The notes under the pieces were generated by a model that was given only the letters and a program-made list of their open reading frames with translations, did not search any database and was not told the DNA's origin. Source: Chloroflexota bacterium (GTDB lineage Bacteria; Chloroflexota; UBA11872). Taken from it: 64,000 bases of DNA. Of this stretch, positions 19,429-27,872 are shown one piece after another. A program made the position numbers and the translations under genes. The DNA lies in NCBI GenBank assembly GCA_022825895.1, contig JAJDVX010000027.1:59528-123527 (forward strand). Reading direction: 5' to 3'. Positions within the stretch are counted from its first letter, which is position 1. Every line of letters begins with the position of its first letter.

Positions 19429-20157
19429 ATGCGAATCGCGGTTCTCACGGACGTACATGCCAACCTGACGGCCTTGCGCGCGGTAATGGACGACATCCAC
19501 GCGCAGGGTCCATTCCAGCTCGTCGTCTCCGCCGGCGATCAGCTCCTTGGCGGCCCGCGCCCGCTGGAGGTGTGGGACACGTTGGAAGCTGCTGGCGTCA
19601 CGCTGCTGATGGGCGACACCGAACGCGATCTGGCGCTTGGATCGTTCAAGGCCGTGCCCGGTCGTGGACTGCGCCGCGACCTGATCCTGGCGGTCTTCGA
19701 CTGGACGGTGAAACTGCTCCCGGCCGACCTGCGCGAGCGCGCGGCTGCCCTGCCAAAGCACCTGCGCCTGCAGATTGACGACGGACCGGAACTGCTGCTG
19801 GCTCACGCTAATGGCGTCAATTTGCAGGACTTCATCTGGGCCGACACGCCCGCGTCCGAACTGGATCGCCTTCTCGGACCCAATCCCCCCGCCTTGATGG
19901 TCGTCGGGCACATCCACGCGCCTCTGGAGCTTGAATACAAGACCACCACCATCCTTCGACCCGGAAGCGTAGGCCTGAAGTACGAACCGCACTGGGCCAG
20001 CGTCGCCCACTGGGCCGAGGTCTGGTGGGATACCACGCGCGCCGCCTGGGCCTATCGCGTACACCAGGTCGAATGGGACCACCGCCTCGAAATCGAGGCC
20101 GGGCGCGCCGTCAACTATCCAGGCGTTCGAATCCTCCCAGGCTACGAAGCTGGCTGA
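19429..20157 (+). CDS. Metallophosphoesterase (calcineurin-like, YfcE/MJ0936-like)
   Basis: 242 aa. Metal-ligand motifs IAVLTDVHAN, SAGDQL and MVVGHIHAP. Confidence 0.75.
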   Translation: MRIAVLTDVHANLTALRAVMDDIHAQGPFQLVVSAGDQLLGGPRPLEVWDTLEAAGVTLLMGDTERDLALGSFKAVPGRGLRRDLILAVFDWTVKLLPADLRERAAALPKHLRLQIDDGPELLLAHANGVNLQDFIWADTPASELDRLLGPNPPALMVVGHIHAPLELEYKTTTILRPGSVGLKYEPHWASVAHWAEVWWDTTRAAWAYRVHQVEWDHRLEIEAGRAVNYPGVRILPGYEAG

Positions 20158-20366
20158 ACGAGGCAGGCCACGCCCGACGTTCGGTTTGGGGGTGTCAGCA
20201 ACCCTTGCTTTTCCGAGAAAATCATCGTCCACCTTCGACACCGATCGCGCACTCTCGGACCGAGGTCCTTAGGATTCGCTGATGTACGCTCAACGATGAG
20301 AGCGATCCTGTTGATGCCGACGCCAGGTGAGTTGAAGCTGCGCGTCTGGCATCCGAGAGTTGAGTT

Positions 20367-20561
20367 GTGACGCTGACCTATGGAGACAAGCGGGCGAAGA
20401 CCCGGGACCCGCACGTCGACCGGGTAGCGCTCGACGTGCGACTGGACGATCTCAGCCGGCGAGGCGCCCTCGTTCCTGCCTCTGCGCCAGGGCGCCGTCT
20501 ACAGGCTGCAGAATCGCGGCCTGGCGTCCTTGAGCGCTTTCTCGCCGAGAGAGGCCGCTGA
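20367..20561 (+). CDS. Small ORF, possibly a VapB-like antitoxin (weak)
   Basis: 64 aa. ...RVALDVRLDDLSRRGAL...VLERFLAE loosely resembles the xRLDDxLxxRA...IExALRE antitoxin pattern. Its stop TGA (20559-20561) overlaps the first in-frame codon (CTG) of the downstream PIN gene. Confidence 0.3.
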   Translation: MTLTYGDKRAKTRDPHVDRVALDVRLDDLSRRGALVPASAPGRRLQAAESRPGVLERFLAERGR

Positions 20562-20938
20562 GCACCGCCTACGTCGACACATCCGCTCTGGTCGCGGTGG
20601 CCTTCGACGAATCCGAAGGCGCGGCGGTTGCCAGCCGGCTGCATGGCTATTCGCGCTTGCTGTCCGCGAATCTGCCGGAAGCCGAGTTGCGAGCGGTCTT
20701 TGCCAGGGAGGGGCTTGGCTTTCGGCCCGATCTGGTAGCACCGATTGAGTGGGTGCTGCCGGACCGGCCGCTGGCGACGGAACTGACCACCATTCTCGAG
20801 ACCGGATATCTCCGCGGAGCCGACCTCTGGCACGTCGCCACAGCCTTGTACGTTGCTCCGCATTCGGACCAGCTCGTGTTCGTGACCCTGGACGATCGTC
20901 AGCGAAGGGTCGCGGCAGATGTCGGATTCCAGACGTAG
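20558..20938 (+). CDS. PIN-domain (VapC-like) protein with no canonical start codon upstream of the PIN N-terminal motif; possibly degenerate
   Basis: The frame reads LSTAYVDTSALVAVAFDESEGAAV...LWHVATALYVAPHSDQLVFVTLDDRQ. The PIN N-terminal motif (AYVDTSALVA) lies between the in-frame stop at 20531 and the first GTG (20597). No ATG, GTG or TTG is available; only a CTG at 20558. Confidence 0.5.
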   Translation: MSTAYVDTSALVAVAFDESEGAAVASRLHGYSRLLSANLPEAELRAVFAREGLGFRPDLVAPIEWVLPDRPLATELTTILETGYLRGADLWHVATALYVAPHSDQLVFVTLDDRQRRVAADVGFQT

Positions 20939-21071
20939 CGACTACGTTGCGACGAAGGGAAAGGCGTTCCGCGGTGAGAGGGCCAGTCAGAGTCATTGCC
21001 CGCGAGTCATACGTCGGTGCCCAGTAGCCTGTGCCCACTACACTTGATGGCCTGCAACAACGAGGCTCCCC

Positions 21072-21416
21072 GTGGCAACCACAACCCCCGACCAGGTCCG
21101 AGATCAGTTGCGTTCCGTCATCGACCCGGAAATCGGCATCAACATCGTCGACCTTGGCCTCATCTATGAGGTCGACGTCGTTCCCTACGTTGCCGGCGAA
21201 GGCGAACCCGAAGCCGCCGACGGCGACGAGCGCGCCACGGTCACCATGACGCTCACCACCCCCGGCTGTCCGGCCGGGCCCTACATCCTGCAGCAGGTCA
21301 AGCAGGAAGCCGAGTCGCTGGACCACGTCCGCAAGGCCGAGATCGATCTCACCTTCAACCCTATGTGGAACGAAGAGATGATGAGCGAGGACGTGCGCTG
21401 GATCCTGGGCCGCTAG
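21072..21416 (+). CDS. DUF59/MIP18-family Fe-S cluster assembly protein (SufT/PaaD-like)
   Basis: 114 aa. VRDQLRSVIDPEIGINIVDLGLIYEV...MTLTTPGCPAGPYI is the hallmark of the family. Confidence 0.8.
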   Translation: MATTTPDQVRDQLRSVIDPEIGINIVDLGLIYEVDVVPYVAGEGEPEAADGDERATVTMTLTTPGCPAGPYILQQVKQEAESLDHVRKAEIDLTFNPMWNEEMMSEDVRWILGR

Positions 21417-21440
21417 CTCCCGCTGCCCGATTCACTCCTG

Positions 21441-22547
21441 ATGCGCCAGCCGGCAAGAATCCGGCGCCGGTCGCTCCTGGCCGTCGCGGCGCTCGCCCCC
21501 GCTAGCGCCGCCCTCGCCGCTTGCGGCTTTGCCGGCGTCAGCCGACGCGATCCCACCGGCGCGCCCTTCATGCACGGCCTGACCCTAGTCGGCCTGTCCC
21601 AGACCGACTTCGCCGAGCAACGAGCTGCGCGGCTGGTTCAGTCATCCGTGGCAATCGGCGCGGACTGGGTGTCGATTGCTCCCGGCTGGTACCAGGCAAC
21701 GAGCGACGCATCCCGGATCCGCCCTGACTCCGTGCGAACACCCCCGGACGGCGACATCCGACGGCTGATCGATCGGGCGCACGCCGCTGGCCTCCGCGTC
21801 ATGCTCAAGCCATTCGTCGTCAGCGACGACCGGGTATGGCGCGGCGATATCCGGCCGGCCGACCCGTCCGCGTGGTTTGCCGACTACGCCGCGATGGCCT
21901 ACCGCTACGCTGAACTCGGGGAGAGTTCGGGTGCCGACCTTTTCTGCCTCGGCACCGACCTGGGGTTCTCCGAGGCCGCGCTGGCCGACGACTGGCGCCG
22001 GCTGATCGTGGGCGTCAGAGAGCGCTTCAGCGGGCCACTGACCTACGCGGCCAGCCACGCGCCCTCGGCGGGTCTCGGTGGTTATGCCAACGTGCCCTTC
22101 TGGGATGACCTGGACTTCATCGGCATCAACGCCTACTTCCCGCTGGCCGACCGACTCATCAGCCATGCCCAGCTCGCCGACGCCTGGAACGTCTGGCTGG
22201 AGGAAATCGAGACCTGGCGCGCGGACCAGAGGCTTGACCGTCCGGTCATCTTCACAGAACTGGGCTACCGCAGCGCCGCCACCGCCGCCACCCAGCCGCG
22301 GGCGGCCGACCCGGTCAAGCCGCATGAGGTCGATCCCGATCTCCAGGCCAATCTCTACACGGCCTTCTTCGGTCTGCCCTACCGGCTCGAGTCGCTCCAG
22401 GGCGTCTTCTGGTGGCGCTGGAATCCCGAGGCAACCGGCGCCCACGACTCCACCTTCGCCCCCAACGGCAAACCCGCCGAGTCCGTGCTCCGCCGCGCCT
22501 ACACCGCGGCCGCCCGCCGACCGTCCCACCGGGCCTCGAATCCATGA
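21441..22547 (+). CDS. Putative glycoside hydrolase, clan GH-A TIM barrel (GH113/GH26/GH5-like), lipoprotein
   Basis: 368 aa. RRRSLLAVAALAPASAALAACG is a Tat-like signal with a lipobox. The (beta/alpha)8 pattern has candidate acid/base and nucleophile glutamates (..VIFTELGYRS..). Confidence 0.55.
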   Translation: MRQPARIRRRSLLAVAALAPASAALAACGFAGVSRRDPTGAPFMHGLTLVGLSQTDFAEQRAARLVQSSVAIGADWVSIAPGWYQATSDASRIRPDSVRTPPDGDIRRLIDRAHAAGLRVMLKPFVVSDDRVWRGDIRPADPSAWFADYAAMAYRYAELGESSGADLFCLGTDLGFSEAALADDWRRLIVGVRERFSGPLTYAASHAPSAGLGGYANVPFWDDLDFIGINAYFPLADRLISHAQLADAWNVWLEEIETWRADQRLDRPVIFTELGYRSAATAATQPRAADPVKPHEVDPDLQANLYTAFFGLPYRLESLQGVFWWRWNPEATGAHDSTFAPNGKPAESVLRRAYTAAARRPSHRASNP

Positions 22548-22587
22548 CCAACGCCCGCGCAGACCATCGCCACGACTGGTCCCTGCC

Positions 22588-23346
22588 GTGCGCCTGAGCT
22601 ACACCAAGCTTTCCCTCTACGAGTTCTGCCCCTACGCCTACCGCTTCCGCTACGTCGAGCGCATCCCAATTCCGTTCTCCCCCCGGCTCACCGTGGGCGC
22701 CATCGTTCATTCGGTCCTTCATCGGGCCTTCGAGCGACTGCGCGACGGCGTCCGCCTCACCCGCGCCGACCTGCACGAACTCCACGCCGCCTACTGGCGC
22801 GACGCCCCACGCCTGAACCGCGACCGCTTCCCCGACATCTGGGACCGCGGCCACGAACTCCTGGACGGCTTCTGGTCCGCCCGCGGCCACGCGCCCGGCC
22901 GCCCCGTGATGCTGGAACGCCGATTCCGCCTCCGCCTGCGCCCCGACGACGCCCACACCGTCGAAGGCGTCATCGACCGGGTCGACGAGCGGCCAGACGG
23001 CCTGGAAGTCATCGACTACAAGAGCGGCAGCCGCCGGTCCGAACTACCGGGCCGCTTGCGCACCCAGCTCCATACCTACGCGCTCGCGCTCGAACGCGGC
23101 TTTGACCGCGCCGTCTCCAGACTCACCGTCTATTACCTGACCGACAACCAGGGCATCTCCCAGTCGCCCGACCCCGCCACCGCGGACGACGTGCTCAACC
23201 GCTACCAGGCATTGGCCGAGCGCGTTGGCGCCGCCGACTTCAAGCCGACCCCGGGCCAACACTGCCGCTACTGCGACTACAACGATCGCTGTCAGTACCG
23301 CTGGACTGATGACTCAGATCGCGACGAACCGGCTAAAACGGCCTGA
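22588..23346 (+). CDS. PD-(D/E)XK nuclease family protein with Cas4/AddB-like Cys cluster
   Basis: GTG start. N-terminal SYTKLSLYEFCPYAYRFRYV and C-terminal CRYCDYNDRC form the 1+3 Cys arrangement of Cas4/RecB-family Fe-S nucleases. The central E/D...D/EIDYK-like motif is VIDYKSG. Confidence 0.7.
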   Translation: MRLSYTKLSLYEFCPYAYRFRYVERIPIPFSPRLTVGAIVHSVLHRAFERLRDGVRLTRADLHELHAAYWRDAPRLNRDRFPDIWDRGHELLDGFWSARGHAPGRPVMLERRFRLRLRPDDAHTVEGVIDRVDERPDGLEVIDYKSGSRRSELPGRLRTQLHTYALALERGFDRAVSRLTVYYLTDNQGISQSPDPATADDVLNRYQALAERVGAADFKPTPGQHCRYCDYNDRCQYRWTDDSDRDEPAKTA

Positions 23347-23409
23347 CGGCGCGGTTCCAAGAGACTTCGAACTGCCTGCCCCGCCTGCGAACCGAAGCCC
23401 GCGTTCCGC

Positions 23410-24705
23410 CTAGGCGAGCCGCCCGTTATTCGAGAACTGGCAGACACCCGCTTCGCAGTGGTGGTCGCGGATGTGCGCCTCAAACTCGTCGCGGAACGCC
23501 CGCACGGCCCCGCGCACCGGCTGGTGCGCAAACTGCCCCAGCCCGCAGAACGAGGCCATCATGCTCGCGCCCAGGTCTTCCAGCAGATCCAGGTCGTCCA
23601 GCGAGCCTTGCCCGTGCATGATCCGCTCGCAGATCTGCACCAGGTTCGGTGCGCCCTCGCGGCACGGAATGCAGAAGCCGCAGCTCTCTTCCTCGAAGAA
23701 GAGCGCGTCGCGGTACGCCGCATCCACCATGCAGACCGTGTCGTCGTAGACGACCACCCCGCCGGTGCCCATGATCGTGCCTAGCGCGGCCATGGAACCC
23801 GGTTCCAGCGCGGCGTCCAGGTGCTCCGGACCCAGCGCCGCCGATGACGCGCCGCCCGGCTTGAAGCCCTTCAGCGGCCGTCCGTCCAGCACCCCGCCGC
23901 CATAGTCGTAGATCAGCTCGCGCGCGGTGGTGCCCAGCGGCAACTCATGCACACCCGGCTTGGCCACCCGGCCGGACAGGCAGTACATCTTGGTGCCGGC
24001 CGCTTCGCCATGGCCCAGGTTCTGGAACCACTCGGCCCCGTTCTCGATAATCGCCGGCGCCGCGGACAGCGTCTCCACGTTGTTGATCGCCGTCGGCAAT
24101 CCCCACACGCCCACGTTGGTGGGGAACGGCGGCTTGTAGCGCGGGTTCCCGCGCTTGCCTTCCAGCGAATTGAAGAGCGCCGTTTCCTCGCCCACGATGT
24201 AGGCCCCGGCGCCGCGGCGGAACGTCACTTCGAAATCGAAGCCTTCCTTGCCCAGGATGTTCTGGCCCAGGTAGCCCGCCTCGTAGGCCTCGCGGATTGC
24301 CGCTTGTGTGCGCTCGTGTGCCAGCCCGTACTCGCCGCGGATGTACACGTACCCCAGCGTCGCGTTGCAGGAGTAGGCCGCGATCAGCATCCCCTCCAGC
24401 ATCAGGTGTGGGTCCAGTTCCAGCGAGTAGCGGTTCACGTAGGTGCCCGGCTCGCTCTCGTCGCCGTTGATCACCACGTAGCGCGGCGTCTTGGGATCGG
24501 AGCGAACGAACTGCCACTTCAGCCCGGTGGGGAAGAACGCCCCACCGCGCCCGCTCAGCCCAGACTCCTTCACCAACTCCGAGACGTCCTCCGGCGACAT
24601 CTCGTTCAGGACCCTTGCCAGGGCCTGGTACCCGCCCGCCGCACGGTAGCCGTCCAGCGTCCACGACTCCGGGTTACCGAAATTCTTGGTGACGACGAGT
24701 TCCAT
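23410..24705 (-). CDS. nuoF: NADH-quinone oxidoreductase subunit F-like (51 kDa flavoprotein)
   Basis: The ORF opens at 24822, but the ATG at 24705 (MELVVTKNFG...) gives a canonical ~431 aa NuoF. It carries the FMN/NADH-binding GxGGAGF-type region, the 4Fe-4S motif ESCGFCIPCREG and C-terminal CGLGQ. ATGA overlap with the nuoE stop. Confidence 0.88.
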   Translation of the reverse strand: MELVVTKNFGNPESWTLDGYRAAGGYQALARVLNEMSPEDVSELVKESGLSGRGGAFFPTGLKWQFVRSDPKTPRYVVINGDESEPGTYVNRYSLELDPHLMLEGMLIAAYSCNATLGYVYIRGEYGLAHERTQAAIREAYEAGYLGQNILGKEGFDFEVTFRRGAGAYIVGEETALFNSLEGKRGNPRYKPPFPTNVGVWGLPTAINNVETLSAAPAIIENGAEWFQNLGHGEAAGTKMYCLSGRVAKPGVHELPLGTTARELIYDYGGGVLDGRPLKGFKPGGASSAALGPEHLDAALEPGSMAALGTIMGTGGVVVYDDTVCMVDAAYRDALFFEEESCGFCIPCREGAPNLVQICERIMHGQGSLDDLDLLEDLGASMMASFCGLGQFAHQPVRGAVRAFRDEFEAHIRDHHCEAGVCQFSNNGRLA

Positions 24706-25223
24706 CAGTCGTCTCGCGCCCGCAACTGGGCCAGCAAATCGCGGGCTTTCTCCGCGTTCAATGGTCCGTGCTGCTCCAGGTTCACCATCACGGCCGGCTG
24801 CAGATCGCACAGCCCCAGGCACGAGACCGACTCGGTTTCGAACAGCCCGTCCTCGGTAACTTCACTCACCCGCGTGCCCAGCGCCTCGTTGAAGGCCTTC
24901 AGCACCGCTGGCGCGCCTGAGATGTGGCAACTGAGGTCCCGACACACCCGCAGGACGTACTTGGCCGAGGGCTTGCGGTGGAACATCGTGTAGAACGTCA
25001 GCACGCCAAAGACCTCGCTCTCCGGCAGGCTGAGTTCCTCGGCGATCATCGTCACGGCCTCGGGCGGCACGTACGAGAAGACGGCCTGCGCGGCATAAAG
25101 CGCTTCCAGCGTGGCGCCCGGCTCGTCCTTCAGGTCGGCCAGGCGCGCTCGCAGGTCGTCCAGCTTGGCGTGGTCCCCGGGCGCAAGCGTCGAGCGACGC
25201 GGCGCGCCAGCATGAATCGCCAT
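24705..25223 (-). CDS. nuoE: NADH-quinone oxidoreductase subunit E-like (24 kDa, 2Fe-2S)
   Basis: 172 aa. Thioredoxin-like [2Fe-2S] Cys ligands: RVCRDLSCHISG...SVSCLGLCDLQP. Confidence 0.85.
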   Translation of the reverse strand: MAIHAGAPRRSTLAPGDHAKLDDLRARLADLKDEPGATLEALYAAQAVFSYVPPEAVTMIAEELSLPESEVFGVLTFYTMFHRKPSAKYVLRVCRDLSCHISGAPAVLKAFNEALGTRVSEVTEDGLFETESVSCLGLCDLQPAVMVNLEQHGPLNAEKARDLLAQLRARDD

Positions 25224-25392
25224 TGGGCCTCCCGCGGCTAAGGGGCGAGCGGCGGCAACGCCTTAACCTCTGGGCGCCGCACGCCGGCAACAGGAAGCGG
25301 AGTCTACCACCGGCCCATTTCCGCCACCGTCGCGTGCATTGCCTGACTCGGTCAGCCGATGGCAACGCGCCTCTCGCAGACAACTAACCGGA

Positions 25393-26133
25393 TCATCGTT
25401 CGCCCGGTACGGGTGGTTCAGGTGGCGGAATCCTCCTTGACGTCTCGGCAAAGACATTCCGAACCACCTCGGCCTCCAGCTCGCCGATGTAGTTCGAGTC
25501 TCGTTCGATGCGTTGGCACTCCTGCTCGCCAAGCAAATGCACGCCCTCGGCCGTGACCTGTCCGAGGCTGATCGGAAAGGCCAGACCGTGCGCCGATGTC
25601 CGAATGATGTCAGCCATGGCGCGGTAAAGAAGCACGCTGGCCAGATCCAAGTCGGTGTTCGGTAAGTCGTAGTGCGCCAAGCTCGCTCGAGCGAGATAGG
25701 CAAATGCCTCACCCGAACCAATCGCCGAGAAGTCGTCCGGAGAGTGAATGGTCGATTCGCCCATGAGGTTGATCCTGAAGATCCAGGCATGTCCGGCCGT
25801 GTGGCCGGCGAAGAGGAACGAGCTTCGCAGGGGATTTGTCGCCGACGACCCGAGCCATCGGCCCAATGCCTCACGCTGAACCGGATTCACCACGTCCAGC
25901 AGCTTGTGCCGCAGATCGTGAATCGAAGCGTCCTCAACACCGCTTCCAAGGTGCTTCTGCAACTCGTGCTCGATGACCTGAGTCGTGCCCACATCCCCGG
26001 CCGAGCCCCAAATGACCCGTGGGCCCAACCGGCGCAATTTCGGCGTTGTGAACCTCACCGATCCCATAGTTACTTGGCTGTCGGCCGCCACAACGATGCC
26101 CCCCTTGCACGCTGCCGCGACGATGAGGGTCAC
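25393..26133 (-). CDS. Proteasome-beta/HslV-like N-terminal-nucleophile threonine peptidase homolog with ~55 aa C-terminal extension
   Basis: 246 aa. It starts MTLIVAAACKGGIVVAADSQVTMGSVRFTTPKLRRL, with Thr at +1 after Met, Asp at +17 and Lys at +31. This aligns to HslV [37 protein letters not shown], and IWGSAGDVGT / SAIGSGEAF correspond to HslV GFAGGTAD / AIGSGG. Lower GC (~58-60%) than the flanks (~70%). Confidence 0.6.
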   Translation of the reverse strand: MTLIVAAACKGGIVVAADSQVTMGSVRFTTPKLRRLGPRVIWGSAGDVGTTQVIEHELQKHLGSGVEDASIHDLRHKLLDVVNPVQREALGRWLGSSATNPLRSSFLFAGHTAGHAWIFRINLMGESTIHSPDDFSAIGSGEAFAYLARASLAHYDLPNTDLDLASVLLYRAMADIIRTSAHGLAFPISLGQVTAEGVHLLGEQECQRIERDSNYIGELEAEVVRNVFAETSRRIPPPEPPVPGER

Positions 26134-26140
26134 GCTCTAG

Positions 26141-26641
26141 TCAGACTCGAGCAAGGCTGTTTGTGGCGTAGTCGGGCCACTGCTTGTAGACCGAGTACAA
26201 CAAGTCTCGGAACGACATCGACATTGCCCAGTCGCGCACGTCGAACAGATGATTTCCCATCCATCCGGCGTTTGATTCCAAGGTAGAGGCCGCGTCGGCT
26301 CCCAGGGCGGTGAGCCGGTACCGTGGCCAGGTTCGGCCAGGATTCGCTACCGGCTCGATGAGCCCCTCGTACTCAAGCTGGTCCAAATCTGGATATATCT
26401 CGCGAGCGAAGGGGCCGTATCTGTAGGGCTCGAACGCATAAAAGTCCGGCGCGTCTAGGTGAGCGCCAAGCTGCTGGTGGAATACGAAGAGAGTCTTCAT
26501 GAGCCGCATCGGGTCGATAGGCGCCGCAACACTCCCCTCGCGCCCGGCAACGGCCAACAGGAGCCAGTTTTTTCTCGTCACTCGGCGGTTCCCTTCCTCG
26601 CCGAAGACTGGCAACCTGATCGTAGCAGCGGCCAAGGGCAC
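26141..26641 (-). CDS. Panacea-domain (DUF4065; SocA/PanA antitoxin-like) protein
   Basis: 166 aa. PIDPMRLMKTLFVFHQQ...DFYAFEPYRYGPFAREIYPDL aligns with SocA PMTPMKLQKLLYYAQAW...LFPEEFEAWAHGPVVPEVYQ. It is 7 nt upstream of the HslV-like gene on the same strand. Lower GC than the surroundings. Confidence 0.65.
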   Translation of the reverse strand: MPLAAATIRLPVFGEEGNRRVTRKNWLLLAVAGREGSVAAPIDPMRLMKTLFVFHQQLGAHLDAPDFYAFEPYRYGPFAREIYPDLDQLEYEGLIEPVANPGRTWPRYRLTALGADAASTLESNAGWMGNHLFDVRDWAMSMSFRDLLYSVYKQWPDYATNSLARV

Positions 26642-26731
26642 CGTAGTATCGGTCGAGGTGATTGATCAGGCACAGCGCGCCCTAGATCAGACGCGCTACC
26701 CTCGCCCACTTACCTTGCTGGAGAGCCGCTC

Positions 26732-26938
26732 ATGGCGCTCACGCGGCCACAGGCCCGCGAACTCCGCAGCCTCATGCACGGCTGGACCCGGGCCTCAAAC
26801 GACGTGGCCGAGCACCTGCGCGGCGTGTCGGTAAGCAGCGACGGTTTGGACATGAAGGCCCTGCGTGCGGCCGTGGACCGCCGCTCCGAAATGGAGGAAC
26901 TGCTGATGTCGTTCTGGTCTCGAACAACGGCGGCCTGA
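26732..26938 (+). CDS. Hypothetical small protein
   Basis: 68 aa ORF divergent from the Panacea gene. Its stop lies 1 nt before the start of the isomerase gene. I recognise no family. Confidence 0.3.
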   Translation: MALTRPQARELRSLMHGWTRASNDVAEHLRGVSVSSDGLDMKALRAAVDRRSEMEELLMSFWSRTTAA

Positions 26939-26939
26939 C

Positions 26940-27872
26940 ATGTCAACCCGTGTAGACACAAACCTTCCGTTCTCGGTGGGCGTGGTCAATAGCGAGATCT
27001 CCTCGGACGTCGACGTTGGCGTGGCCGTCGCCGCCGACCTCGGGATGTCCCAGATTGAAATCGAGGACTTCTGGGGCCGCGCGGCCTTTGAGTGTGACGA
27101 CGCTCTCATCGAACGCACTCGAGTCGCGGTTGAGCGCGGCGGCCTCTACGTATCCGCCGTCGGCACGCAGGCCTTCAAGGTCCTCATCCTGCCGCCCGGC
27201 GACATCGGCGACCTGGCCTCCATCGACGGCTGGGACCAGCACCGCATTGAGCTCGAAGGCGGCATCCGCGTGGCGCAGGCCCTCGGATCGCCCTACGTTC
27301 GAATCTTCTCCTGCCGCCGTGACGACATGATCGGCATGGGCAATCCCAGCCCGCGCCTGCCCGACGGCGGACCGCTGCCCGACGACAGATTGGCCGGAAT
27401 CGTGGCCGTGCTGCGCGACGCCGGCGACCGCGCCGCCGCCGCCGGCGTAACCCTCCTGGTTGAGAACGTCCGCAGTTGCTGGGGCAACACCGCCGTCAAC
27501 ACCGTGCGCATCCTGGAAGCCACCGACCACCCCTGCGTCAGGCTGAACTGGGACCCATCCAACGGTTTCGTCTCCGGCGGCAACCCGTTCCCACACGGCT
27601 ACCAGCTCGCCCGCCGCTGGACAGAGCACGTCCACATCAAGGACGCCCGCGTGGTCGACCACGCGACCGGTCTCATCGCCTGGGAGTGCATTGGCCGCGG
27701 CGAAGTGGATTTTGTCGGTCAATTCCGGGCCCTTATTGATGACGGCTTCGCTGGGGCGGTGAACCTGGAAACCCACTGGCATCCCGAGCACCGCAGCCGG
27801 GAAGCCAACTCCCGCGAGTCTTTCGCCGGAATGCTCAAGGCCCTCGAACTCGCCCAACGCGCCGGTGCCTGA
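26940..27872 (+). CDS. Sugar phosphate isomerase/epimerase (xylose-isomerase-like TIM barrel)
   Basis: 310 aa. Family motifs LLVENVRS, WDPSNG and HVHIKD. Confidence 0.7.
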   Translation: MSTRVDTNLPFSVGVVNSEISSDVDVGVAVAADLGMSQIEIEDFWGRAAFECDDALIERTRVAVERGGLYVSAVGTQAFKVLILPPGDIGDLASIDGWDQHRIELEGGIRVAQALGSPYVRIFSCRRDDMIGMGNPSPRLPDGGPLPDDRLAGIVAVLRDAGDRAAAAGVTLLVENVRSCWGNTAVNTVRILEATDHPCVRLNWDPSNGFVSGGNPFPHGYQLARRWTEHVHIKDARVVDHATGLIAWECIGRGEVDFVGQFRALIDDGFAGAVNLETHWHPEHRSREANSRESFAGMLKALELAQRAGA

